Shown here piece after piece: positions 8,849 through 16,785 of a DNA stretch of 38,705 nt (position 1 is the first letter of the stretch; each line of letters opens with the position of its first letter). The notes under the pieces are model-generated. The model did not search any database. It saw nothing but the letters and a program-made list of their open reading frames with translations, and was not told the DNA's origin. A program made the translations under genes and the position numbers. This stretch comes from a virus (Duplodnaviria; Caudoviricetes): positions 1 through 38,705 of IMG/VR virus record IMGVR_UViG_3300030397_000524, one strand, 5' to 3'.

Positions 8849-9045
8849 CCTGCGGACTCCTCGTTCAGTGCAAGAATAGCCTCAGCTATACCGTGATAGT
8901 ATCCTGACTTGAGTTGAATCAACTCTCTGTTTGACCAGTGTTCGCGTTGCGCCTGCTCTAGTTCTTTTTTTGCTTTATCTCTTAGTTTTAGCAGTCGTTC
9001 GAAGCCTTTTAATTCTAAAGAGTCACTCACGATACCACCTCCCAA
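8845..9045 (-). CDS. hypothetical phage protein
   Basis: Co-oriented; likely start GTG about 9030 coupled to upstream stop. Confidence 0.5.
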   Translation of the reverse strand: MGGGIVSDSLELKGFERLLKLRDKAKKELEQAQREHWSNRELIQLKSGYYHGIAEAILALNEESAG

Positions 9046-9278
9046 TTGGCTAATATTTGCTCAGACTCGAATTTGAATTGCTCTGCAAGTCTTTTCTGTG
9101 CCTCACGTTGATACCGTTTAGCCTTCATCACTCTAGTATATAGAGGCTCCATAACTTCTTGATTTGCTTCGTCACTGCGCTTAGAGGGGCTCGTATTGTA
9201 GCGCTGTGCGAACTGTGCCAGTGTTAATTTTGTCCCTCTCCTTGAAACAAGGGTGAGGTTTTTCGTATTATTAGTCAT
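9027..9278 (-). CDS. hypothetical phage protein
   Basis: First ORF after the structured leader. Confidence 0.55.
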   Translation of the reverse strand: MTNNTKNLTLVSRRGTKLTLAQFAQRYNTSPSKRSDEANQEVMEPLYTRVMKAKRYQREAQKRLAEQFKFESEQILANWEVVS

Positions 9279-9307
9279 ATTCTTTCATTTTAAAGCTCAA
9301 CCTGTGT

Positions 9308-9650
9308 TTGCAAGCCGGGTTGGGCTTTTTTGGTGTAACAATTGGTGTGGTCTGCCTCTGGAATCGCACCAGACCCCTGCAAGGTGTTAACCGGTATTCC
9401 TTGCAGGCCCCTCTATTGTTTAAGACAGACATTTCAGACACACAACCAAAGCCAATCGTCCGGCTGTGTGTCTTTGCGATCAATGGGTCTTATTGACCGC
9501 AGGGGTAGTATTGAGTGCAAGGTTGCATACTTGACGCTCTCGCCTTGGCGTGCGTCCAAAGCGCATCACCTGAGCACTCAATTTCAATAAGTAAAGAACA
9601 GTTGGGTCCCGGTCATCCCAATGGGGTACCCCTACCTCAACCGGGACCCT
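9308..9650 (-). ncRNA. hairpin-rich leader / candidate structured RNA containing a boxA-like motif
   Basis: Stems 9604-9613/9640-9649, 9510-9518/9574-9582 (nested GACGC/GCGTC, CGCC/GGCG), 9436-9444/9465-9473, 9376-9384/9399-9407; TGTTCTTTAC at 9600-9591 (minus). Confidence 0.5.
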
Positions 9651-9695
9651 TGATGCCCACTCTAGCATCATATTTGCACGCTAGGTACGGAGGTA

Positions 9696-9893
9696 TCAGG
9701 CGGCTCGCGCTAATTCTGGTTCGTCTTCTTCTAGGGAATCTCGCAATCTCTTCATATCTTTCTCGTCTTTCACTATCTGTGCTGAGATCGCATCCCTAGA
9801 GTAATCACTCATTGTCTTGCTCCGAAATCGAGCAACTCGTGATAATCTCCGTTTAAAACTTTCACTTACTCTTATTTGGAGTAGGCTATCCAT
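9696..9893 (-). CDS. ribbon-helix-helix (CopG/Arc-like) regulator in the Cro position
   Basis: LLQIRVSESFKRRLSRVARFRSKTMSDYSRDAI matches the RHH pattern; divergent from the repressor. Confidence 0.7.
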   Translation of the reverse strand: MDSLLQIRVSESFKRRLSRVARFRSKTMSDYSRDAISAQIVKDEKDMKRLRDSLEEDEPELARAA

Positions 9894-9931
9894 GAGGTTA
9901 TATTCTGTAATTAGTTTGTAATGACAATTCT

Positions 9932-9961
9932 AATATAACAAAATGGATTGTCGTTTGTCAA
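9932..9961 (-). promoter_or_regulatory. sigma70-type leftward early promoter with GACAA/TTGTC operator-like half sites
   Basis: Minus strand TTGACA (9961-9956)-N18-TATATT (9937-9932); several GACAAT/ATTGTC motifs between 9923 and 10016. Confidence 0.55.
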
Positions 9962-9989
9962 GTCATTTTAGAAAAATAGTATAGAAAAA

Positions 9990-10592
9990 TTGTCAGGTAA
10001 GAATATCGATATTGTCACAAAAGAGTTGGGAATTAGGATAGAGTCCCTGGTTCAAGACGCCTTGGATGCCAGGGGAGGTAGTATGGAAGACCTAATAAAA
10101 GATATAGGACAGGCTGTATTAGAGATTTCGTCAAAAACAGTATATAGGTGGAGAAAGGGGTATATAGAGGAAAGATATTTTTCTCATATTGCAAAATACT
10201 TTGGTGTGCACGAACAGTGGCTTAGGGTAGGGGAGGGACCAAAGTATGTAGAGAGAGACGTGGAAAAGTACTCAGAAAATTCTGGTAATCCAAAGTACCT
10301 ACAGGAAATGGGTAGAATAGGCTTAATGAGGGTGAGCCAAAATCAAAATGCGGCTGAAATTCCTGAACAGTTAATTGCAGAGAATGCACTTAAACTTATA
10401 AACTTCAGCCGCATGAAAACGCTAATCGAACAAGGAGCGGGTGAAGAGCAAGTTGCATTTCAGCATATCTACAGGTATCCGCATGAGGGTGAGACATACC
10501 GAGTGCGGTTTGTAGCCTATGTCGAGATAGAGAGAGGGAAGACACCACCCGCTCCTGAACCCAAAAACGAACCCCAAAAGCCGGAGGGCTAG
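9990..10592 (+). CDS. CI-like repressor (XRE HTH), no evident S24 peptidase domain
   Basis: ISSKTVYRWRKG...IAKYFGVHEQWLRVGEG HTH_3 pattern; divergent arrangement. Confidence 0.7.
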   Translation: MSGKNIDIVTKELGIRIESLVQDALDARGGSMEDLIKDIGQAVLEISSKTVYRWRKGYIEERYFSHIAKYFGVHEQWLRVGEGPKYVERDVEKYSENSGNPKYLQEMGRIGLMRVSQNQNAAEIPEQLIAENALKLINFSRMKTLIEQGAGEEQVAFQHIYRYPHEGETYRVRFVAYVEIERGKTPPAPEPKNEPQKPEG

Positions 10593-11010
10593 AGGGGTTC
10601 TAGCCACGCCAGCAGTAAGAGACAAGCCCTCTTTTGCTTTTGTGGTTAAACAACCTACCTATTTGCCCTAGATGGGACAAATTAGCAAATCGTTAAGGAT
10701 ATCCCGTCAATAGCGTATTCATGTCATATTGGGGTGGGTAATTATTTTTGCATTAGTAGCAGGTAGTCAGAGGGACTTGCTTGTTGGGGTGGGGAAGGAA
10801 TAGGGGCTATTCGGGAAAGTATTTTCTTTGGTACACTTTTTACGTAAAGAAATAACTTGTAAGCATCTCTTTAAAAGTCGGTGATTCTGTCCGATAAAAG
10901 AACCGAGACCAGTGATTATGCGTAATAAAATTCCGGTTATATTTAGTTATAGGAAAAATCTTCCTAAAACCTTAGTTTCTGGTATAAGCATTCAATCAGA
11001 GCAAGAGCAA

Positions 11011-11223
11011 ATGAATCTTCCCGATTCAAATATCCAAGGACTACGAGAGGCTATCACGTATTTCACGAGATTGCGTGATAGTGGGAGGATAGACGATGCT
11101 ATCTTTCAAGATTTGGTTGTACGTGCCTGCGCTGTTTATGTAGACAAAGAAGTACAAAGGCAGGTAGATAAGATGTTAACACAACATCTTTCTGTAGATA
11201 AAATCATGGAATACTTGTCGTGA
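11011..11223 (+). CDS. small helical hypothetical protein (moron)
   Basis: Probable start ATG 11011 within ORF 10912-11223; GTGA-coupled to next gene. Confidence 0.55.
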   Translation: MNLPDSNIQGLREAITYFTRLRDSGRIDDAIFQDLVVRACAVYVDKEVQRQVDKMLTQHLSVDKIMEYLS

Positions 11224-11624
11224 GTGAAAATCCTGAAAAGAGCGAAAACCTGCCTAAGAAAAAAGAAGACCCGAAAGAAGTTGTAGCAGAGGAGTTCAAG
11301 GATGTACCATTAGAAGTTCAGCGATTTTTTCAGTCATCATACATCGGTCCAGCTCCTAATCCGTTATTAGACAAGCTCACATCTGATCATGTATCAGAAA
11401 TTATTGCTGAAAGCAGGGAAGACAACAAGCGTAGATACGATTTTGCCACATCAGGAAGGTGGATTAAGTTGATTTATTTTTTTATTGGAGTCGTTGTCGT
11501 TTCTCTGCTTACAATATTTTTGCTCCCCTATGACAGCGAGATGTATTTCAGGGTAATAGAATTATTAGTGGTTTTTGGTGGTGGATATGGAGTAGGCAAC
11601 GCTCTTCCAATGAAAAGGAAGTAA
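11220..11624 (+). CDS. DUF2335-like two-TM membrane protein (moron)
   Basis: SSYIGPAPNP motif then charged helix and two hydrophobic segments. Confidence 0.6.
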   Translation: MSENPEKSENLPKKKEDPKEVVAEEFKDVPLEVQRFFQSSYIGPAPNPLLDKLTSDHVSEIIAESREDNKRRYDFATSGRWIKLIYFFIGVVVVSLLTIFLLPYDSEMYFRVIELLVVFGGGYGVGNALPMKRK

Positions 11625-11996
11625 TAAACCCCCGTTTCCGGGGGCCTAACCACACCACAAAGATGACAGGGATCTTTGCTTAGCGGTACATTGGCGATTT
11701 GCAATCGCCGTAAGGGGTAGTGCGGAAAAAATCGGATCGCTAATCTAAAGGCGCGCCTCAGGTGGGGCAAGTAAGCAATTTCTAACCTATATCCAGTCAA
11801 TAGCGAATATCCGCTATATTCCAGGGGTGGGGTGTCAATCTTGACGAATACTTAACAAGAGCAGCCAGCAAGAAAGGGAAGGTTAAGCTCTCAAGCTTAC
11901 TGCTTTGCTGCTTCGTCGTTTATATAGACGCATACCATCTCAATTCATAACCTCGTGTCCAGTATTTTTATGCATTTCAAGTAGGAAAATCAGGGG

Positions 11997-12061
11997 AAGT
12001 ACAAAATAATTAATCTTTTTTACTATTAGGTATTGACAATTGTATAATTATTTTGTACTTT
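11997..12061 (+). promoter_or_regulatory. strong sigma70 promoter overlapped by a perfect 16-bp inverted repeat
   Basis: TTGACA (12033-38)-N17-TACTTT (12056-61); IR AAGTACAAAATAATTA 11997-12012 / 12045-12060. Confidence 0.7.
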
Positions 12062-12104
12062 GGTATCAAGTTAAACAAATAACCAATACCTAAAGGGTGC
12101 TAAA

Positions 12105-12293
12105 ATGAGTCAAGCTATTTGCAAATCCAGAGAAGACGAAACAATCGTAAAATTTGTTGATCCGTCCCAATTAGGAGATGAAATCAAGGATATGATCGAG
12201 GATAACCAAATCTGGGGTGTTTATGTGAAGGATGGAAGTGTGGTTGTAGAGGATATTTGGGGAGACATTCACGAAACAGAGTACACTATCTAA
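12105..12293 (+). CDS. small acidic hypothetical protein
   Basis: First ORF after promoter; D/E-rich. Confidence 0.6.
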   Translation: MSQAICKSREDETIVKFVDPSQLGDEIKDMIEDNQIWGVYVKDGSVVVEDIWGDIHETEYTI

Positions 12294-12430
12294 CACGACC
12301 CCTTAATCGCACCTGCCCCTTCGGGGGCAAAGGTATTGCCTGAAATGCAGGCTAAAATAAAGCATCCCTAACACCTGTTCGAGCAAGTGAAAGGGACTAC
12401 CTCAAACCTAATCGAACCAGGAATAAGGAT

Positions 12431-12655
12431 ATGAAAATGTACGCAGCACAATGGATAAGAAGCAACAGAACCCAAGAGCCTGAACTCCAATCGTGGCCCT
12501 ATTATCCTGATGATGATGACCATGAGTGGAATGATCCTTACAGGGCCTGGTTCAAGTCAGAGAACACAGGAAGTGGTGCTGTTTCTGACATGGTAACAGC
12601 GCCGACGCTCGAGGAAGCTATAGAAAAAGCAGAATCGCTAGAAGTAAAAAAATGA
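12431..12655 (+). CDS. hypothetical protein
   Basis: AAGGA SD, ATGA coupling. Confidence 0.55.
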   Translation: MKMYAAQWIRSNRTQEPELQSWPYYPDDDDHEWNDPYRAWFKSENTGSGAVSDMVTAPTLEEAIEKAESLEVKK

Positions 12656-13113
12656 AACTAAACGAATTAAAAGAACACGTACCTGAAACCCTGGCAAAAC
12701 ATATTGCCAGGGTTTCAGATGCATATGGAGAGCAGGCCTGGCACGCAGCATTGAAGCGAGATAGTAATATCAAAAGCGCTAAAGCCTTTCAGATGGCAGT
12801 GTATGCCAGGCTCTTGATTGAGCAGTTAGAGGAGCTTGTTGGCGCTCTTTCGCAGGAAATAGACGAGCCCCGGGCTATGTGGAGGGAAGTGTCTATCCTG
12901 GACAACTGGACGCACTTGGGATACCCTCGTGAGGATGAAGGGTATTTCTACATTGAGCGCTCTGGCATTCGAGTAGAGGGGAATGAGGCTGTTTGGGGCA
13001 CAGCCAAGTTTAAGAAGGGGGAGGGGAATGTGTTGTTCCGAGCCACGGATGAGGTGATAGAGAAGAGGAAATCTATTAAGGAGTGTTCGTATTGGATATA
13101 TGAGGAAATTTAA
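12652..13113 (+). CDS. hypothetical protein
   Basis: Coupled ORF. Confidence 0.6.
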   Translation: MKLNELKEHVPETLAKHIARVSDAYGEQAWHAALKRDSNIKSAKAFQMAVYARLLIEQLEELVGALSQEIDEPRAMWREVSILDNWTHLGYPREDEGYFYIERSGIRVEGNEAVWGTAKFKKGEGNVLFRATDEVIEKRKSIKECSYWIYEEI

Positions 13114-13142
13114 TGCATCTCCTTAATTAACAACCCCTTAAC

Positions 13143-13171
13143 TTGAACAAGTAGGGGGTGGTTCGTATATT
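13143..13171 (+). promoter_or_regulatory. sigma70-type promoter for the 13.3-17.6 kb module
   Basis: TTGAAC-N17-TATATT, overlapped by the hairpin ACCCCT..ACTTG AA CAAGT AGGGGG. Confidence 0.5.
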
Positions 13172-13297
13172 TACTTGTCCAGGGTCATAGGAATCGATCA
13201 CTTTCTATGCACGTCCATACCTGGAACTGCAAGCCATTTAAATGGGGCAAGCTGTAACCTTCACATATTGGGGTTATATCTTGCCCTTTCTTGTAGT

Positions 13298-13702
13298 ATG
13301 GCTATTACACATACAGAAACCCGCATCCAGTGGTCAAGCTCAGACACCACATCCATTACAAGCGGCTCCAATGCAACAAGCGACGCTGTAACCGTTGATG
13401 CGACCACATTCCAGGCATCGGTAACACTTAAAGCGGATAATGCAAGTACACCTGCTAGTGGCGACACTATTGATGTTTGGCTCCTGGGTAGTGCTGGTGA
13501 CCCGGACGGAACAGGAACGCATGAGTACGCCACCACAGAGCAAGGGCTTTTCATAGGGACGCTCGATACGAATGCGGATGACGCGGCAATAAGGACGTTT
13601 CAAATTCCTATGCCGCTCCAGAACCTGAAGCTTTACGCGGTAAGTAATGCGGCTTCTAACTCTATCACCTTTTCGGGAGTGCTCTTGGAGCAGAGGGGGT
13701 AA
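13298..13702 (+). CDS. Ser/Thr-rich beta-sandwich protein, putative virion component
   Basis: Start MAITHTE at 13298; S/T/A/G-rich beta composition; TAATG coupled. Confidence 0.55.
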   Translation: MAITHTETRIQWSSSDTTSITSGSNATSDAVTVDATTFQASVTLKADNASTPASGDTIDVWLLGSAGDPDGTGTHEYATTEQGLFIGTLDTNADDAAIRTFQIPMPLQNLKLYAVSNAASNSITFSGVLLEQRG

Positions 13703-14934
13703 TGAGTCTCGATATCGCAGCCACACATAGCACGGGAACGGGGTCTGCGCTTACAGACCAGTCTACGGCTACGAGTATGTTCCCGCAGTCGTGGTTTCCG
13801 CTATCTGTGATATACCGGTTTTATTCAACGAGTTACGACGCGAACTCGTATTACCTCATCATTCGAGCGGCTTCTGATAGACTGCTATTCAGAACAGAAA
13901 CGGGAGGCAATATACGTTTTAGAACAGAAGGCTCCTCTAATGAAAATACGAACATCTCAGCGAATTTTGCTAATGAGTGGCTCACGATAGGTGCCTCGTG
14001 GAATAGCGCAACAGAGAGAAAATTTTGGGTAATTCGTGAGAATGGGAGTATTTCGTCTAGTACGCAGACCTCATCTATTACAATGAGCGGTGCGCCCCAG
14101 GATGTGATCTACGCCAACCAGACGTGTGCGTCTCTTCTTGGAGAAGTCTTTATGATGCACCGGCCTATTGAGGAGCATCACGTTGTACAGGTATCAAGGG
14201 GGGCAAATATATTCAACATGCCGGACTTAGGTCGAAGGGTATTCCATTATAAATCGCTTCGGCACGGTTATAATGATCAGGGTAGTGTAGGTGTTGGTGT
14301 GCCGGCGAACGAGACGATGGTAGCAAGTACGAACCATCCACTTATTCAGCCAAGAATAAAGCCTCCTATCTGGCTTCCTGCTACCTTTAGCGCTGGTAGT
14401 ACGGTTAGTGGCACTATTTCAGAAGGTGCAGAAGGAGGTGACACGTTTACTTCCCTGTACACAACAAACCCCACTATTACAGAAGGAGCTGAGGCAGGAG
14501 AAACTTACAGTGTAGAGCTGACAACGATAGGCACTTTATCTGAGGGGGCCCTGGCTGGAGATACCTTTGCACCAGGCCTGACAACACTGGTTACTGTCAC
14601 AGATGGTGCTCATGCTGGCGAGACCTTCGCTGCTACTATTGTTGGTGCTGGCGTAGTTGAGGGAGCGATTACAGAGGGTGCACAATCAGGAGATACGTTT
14701 GCAAATATTCTAACTACTCAAGGGATATTTGCAGAAGGAGCACTTGCAGGAGATGCTTTTAGTGCGTCAACAACTTATAGCGTGCTGATATCCGAAGGAG
14801 CTATTGCAGGAGACACGATGGCGTTTCCTACTGGGGTTGCCTACGCCACAGGTACGCTGACGGTTTACAGCGCTACTAGCGCTACGCTTACGATACACAA
14901 CTCTACAAACGGAACAACAAGTATAAATCCATGA
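13702..14934 (+). CDS. putative fibre/adhesin: LamG/concanavalin-like N-domain + 7 repeats of about 22 aa
   Basis: NEWLTIGASWN.. LamG-like strand pattern; repeats [T/A]I[S/T]EGA.[A/G]GDTF. Confidence 0.55.
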   Translation: MSLDIAATHSTGTGSALTDQSTATSMFPQSWFPLSVIYRFYSTSYDANSYYLIIRAASDRLLFRTETGGNIRFRTEGSSNENTNISANFANEWLTIGASWNSATERKFWVIRENGSISSSTQTSSITMSGAPQDVIYANQTCASLLGEVFMMHRPIEEHHVVQVSRGANIFNMPDLGRRVFHYKSLRHGYNDQGSVGVGVPANETMVASTNHPLIQPRIKPPIWLPATFSAGSTVSGTISEGAEGGDTFTSLYTTNPTITEGAEAGETYSVELTTIGTLSEGALAGDTFAPGLTTLVTVTDGAHAGETFAATIVGAGVVEGAITEGAQSGDTFANILTTQGIFAEGALAGDAFSASTTYSVLISEGAIAGDTMAFPTGVAYATGTLTVYSATSATLTIHNSTNGTTSINP

Positions 14935-15497
14935 ATTTAGGAAGCGGAAAAGCGTCTGATTCATTTGGCGCAAGCATCATCAAAGCTAAACCAATGGGTG
15001 CAGCTAGAATTAAGGGGTACTGGCAGATTACGTGTAGAAAAGCTGATGGGTCAGTTCGCTGGAAAGACGAGATACACAACCTGGTAGTCAATGTCGGGCT
15101 TGATCATTTGCTTGACGTGACGCTCTCAGGTGCTACTCAGATTACCACATGGTATGTTGGACTAACTGACGACTCTCCAACTATTGCAGCGGCTGACACG
15201 ATGAGTTCTCACGCAGGGTGGGCCGTAGCAACGGGATATAGTGAGGCGGTACGCCAAACATGGACAGATGCAGGTGTAAGTTCGCAGTCGGTTACGAATT
15301 CGGCGTCTAAAGCCACGTTCTCTATCAATGCTACGGACACGATAGGAGGGGCATTCCTGACGAGTGACAATACAAAATCAGGCACTACTGGCACCTTGTA
15401 CGCAGTAGGGGCTTTCTCTGGTGGCAATAAGGCAGTGGTAAATACAGACACCTTAGAAGTTACTGCGACGTTCACAATGGCAGACGATGGTGCGTAA
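14931..15497 (+). CDS. putative virion structural (fibre-associated) protein
   Basis: NLVVNVGLDHLLDV..WYVGL..KATFSINATDTIGGAFL..GTLYA resembles a widespread phage structural family. Confidence 0.6.
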   Translation: MNLGSGKASDSFGASIIKAKPMGAARIKGYWQITCRKADGSVRWKDEIHNLVVNVGLDHLLDVTLSGATQITTWYVGLTDDSPTIAAADTMSSHAGWAVATGYSEAVRQTWTDAGVSSQSVTNSASKATFSINATDTIGGAFLTSDNTKSGTTGTLYAVGAFSGGNKAVVNTDTLEVTATFTMADDGA

Positions 15498-15823
15498 TGG
15501 CTACTAGCCCTACAGATTGGTATTTAAGCGCTGATAATGTGGTGCAGCTTGGCGGCTTCCAAAACGCTATTGATAGCTCCTACTTAAACAGTGCTACGGT
15601 TACGTGTACGATCAAAGACACGTCGGGAACTGCGGTTACGGGTATATCATGGCCTGTCACGCTTGACTATGTAGCAGCTTCTAATGGCATATACAGAGCA
15701 ACGATTGACAAGGCAATTGTTCTCACCTATGGGAGTATATACCACGTTGAGATAACAGCCGCTGAGTCAGGCATTGATGGTTTTTGGCGTATTCCAATTC
15801 AAGCTACATATAAAGATTCATGA
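15497..15823 (+). CDS. small Ig-like/BppU-like protein
   Basis: YLNSATVTCTIKD..G....WPVTL.Y....GIY beta-sandwich pattern. Confidence 0.5.
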   Translation: MATSPTDWYLSADNVVQLGGFQNAIDSSYLNSATVTCTIKDTSGTAVTGISWPVTLDYVAASNGIYRATIDKAIVLTYGSIYHVEITAAESGIDGFWRIPIQATYKDS

Positions 15824-16773
15824 AATACTTGCTCCTCATTTTTTCTTTCCTCCTTAGTACGTGCTGTTATGCCCAGAAGGTGGACAGCCTCCACAAGGCG
15901 GACTTTGCTGTGACTTCTAAAGCGCAGCTCATGAACGCCCTGGAGGTTGCTTCCTCTGGCCAGTCTATTTATGTGGCTGATTGGCTTCACATCGATATGT
16001 CGGATACTTCAGACGTAGTCGTTCCACGTGGAGTAAGGTTGTTTTCTCAAGGTGCTGTACTCGAGTACTCGAGGGTTTTCCCAGATGGAAGCTATAGAGG
16101 GCTCTTTGTAGCACAAGACTCGAGTTATATAGGCTGTGATGAGCAGTGCTCGAGAGGTTTTAAGTTTATTGGTTATAACTGTGCTCGAGAGCCTGTCTAC
16201 ATAGACGGCATACGCCAAAGCTCAAATGCTATCCGAGTTGTGGGTCCGCATGTCACGCTAAGGGGAAACGTATTCGAATGCTGGGGCAAGTGGGCTGTCG
16301 ACGTCGTAGAGAACGAGTCTAACCACATAGTGCAGAATGTCTTCCACAACACGCAGGAGAATGGTTATGGCTATGGGGTATGGCTACGTGGCGCCAGTCG
16401 TGAGCTTGACTCAACTGAGGTCACGGTCATCGAAGGCAATATATTCTGGAATACCAGGAACGCAGTAGACAGAGGCAGCCAGGACTTCTCAAGCGCTATC
16501 ATTCGCTACAACGCAAGCTTTGGCGCCTATGGTGGGCATTTCGACACGCACGCTTCTGGAGGGCACGATACATGGGTACTGAACAACCTGTGTCTCACGC
16601 CTGGGCCGTGTGCTCACCTTAAAGGTAGTCCAGAAGGCGTTTTTGTGTTTGACGGCAATGTGGTCAACGCATGGAGCCAGAACAGCATGCTCTGGGTGAG
16701 CGGTGATGCTTCTAAGGATAGTAGCAATGTGGTGGTTGGAAGTAATACAGTGGCTATGGGACGTGGTTATTAG
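15820..16773 (+). CDS. secreted right-handed parallel beta-helix (pectin-lyase-like) protein
   Basis: Signal peptide MKYLLLIFSFLLSTCCYA; coils RGNVF, QNVFHN, GYGYGV, IEGNIFWNTRNAV, IIRYN, FDTH. Confidence 0.7.
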   Translation: MKYLLLIFSFLLSTCCYAQKVDSLHKADFAVTSKAQLMNALEVASSGQSIYVADWLHIDMSDTSDVVVPRGVRLFSQGAVLEYSRVFPDGSYRGLFVAQDSSYIGCDEQCSRGFKFIGYNCAREPVYIDGIRQSSNAIRVVGPHVTLRGNVFECWGKWAVDVVENESNHIVQNVFHNTQENGYGYGVWLRGASRELDSTEVTVIEGNIFWNTRNAVDRGSQDFSSAIIRYNASFGAYGGHFDTHASGGHDTWVLNNLCLTPGPCAHLKGSPEGVFVFDGNVVNAWSQNSMLWVSGDASKDSSNVVVGSNTVAMGRGY

Positions 16774-16785
16774 AATACGAGTATT

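Larger units (their letters stand above)
10665..11833. repeat. diverged direct repeat of about 75 bp (10665-10740 / 11755-11833) flanking a two-gene moron
   Basis: gccctagatgggacaaattagcaaat..atatcccgtcaatagcgtat..ggggtggg vs gcctcaggtggggcaagtaagcaatt..atatccagtcaatagcgaat..ggggtggg; offset 1090 bp. Confidence 0.65.

Noticed and set aside
9271-9799. Several 60-94 aa ORFs on both strands, and a possible tRNA
   Set aside because: Mutually overlapping, with weak starts and no motifs; no cloverleaf or T-loop (GTTCGA) consensus is seen. Treated as a structured leader.
12305-12400. Three small hairpins including GCCCC-TTCG-GGGGC
   Set aside because: Real, but typical of phage intergenic stabilising or terminator hairpins; nothing supports a distinct ncRNA.
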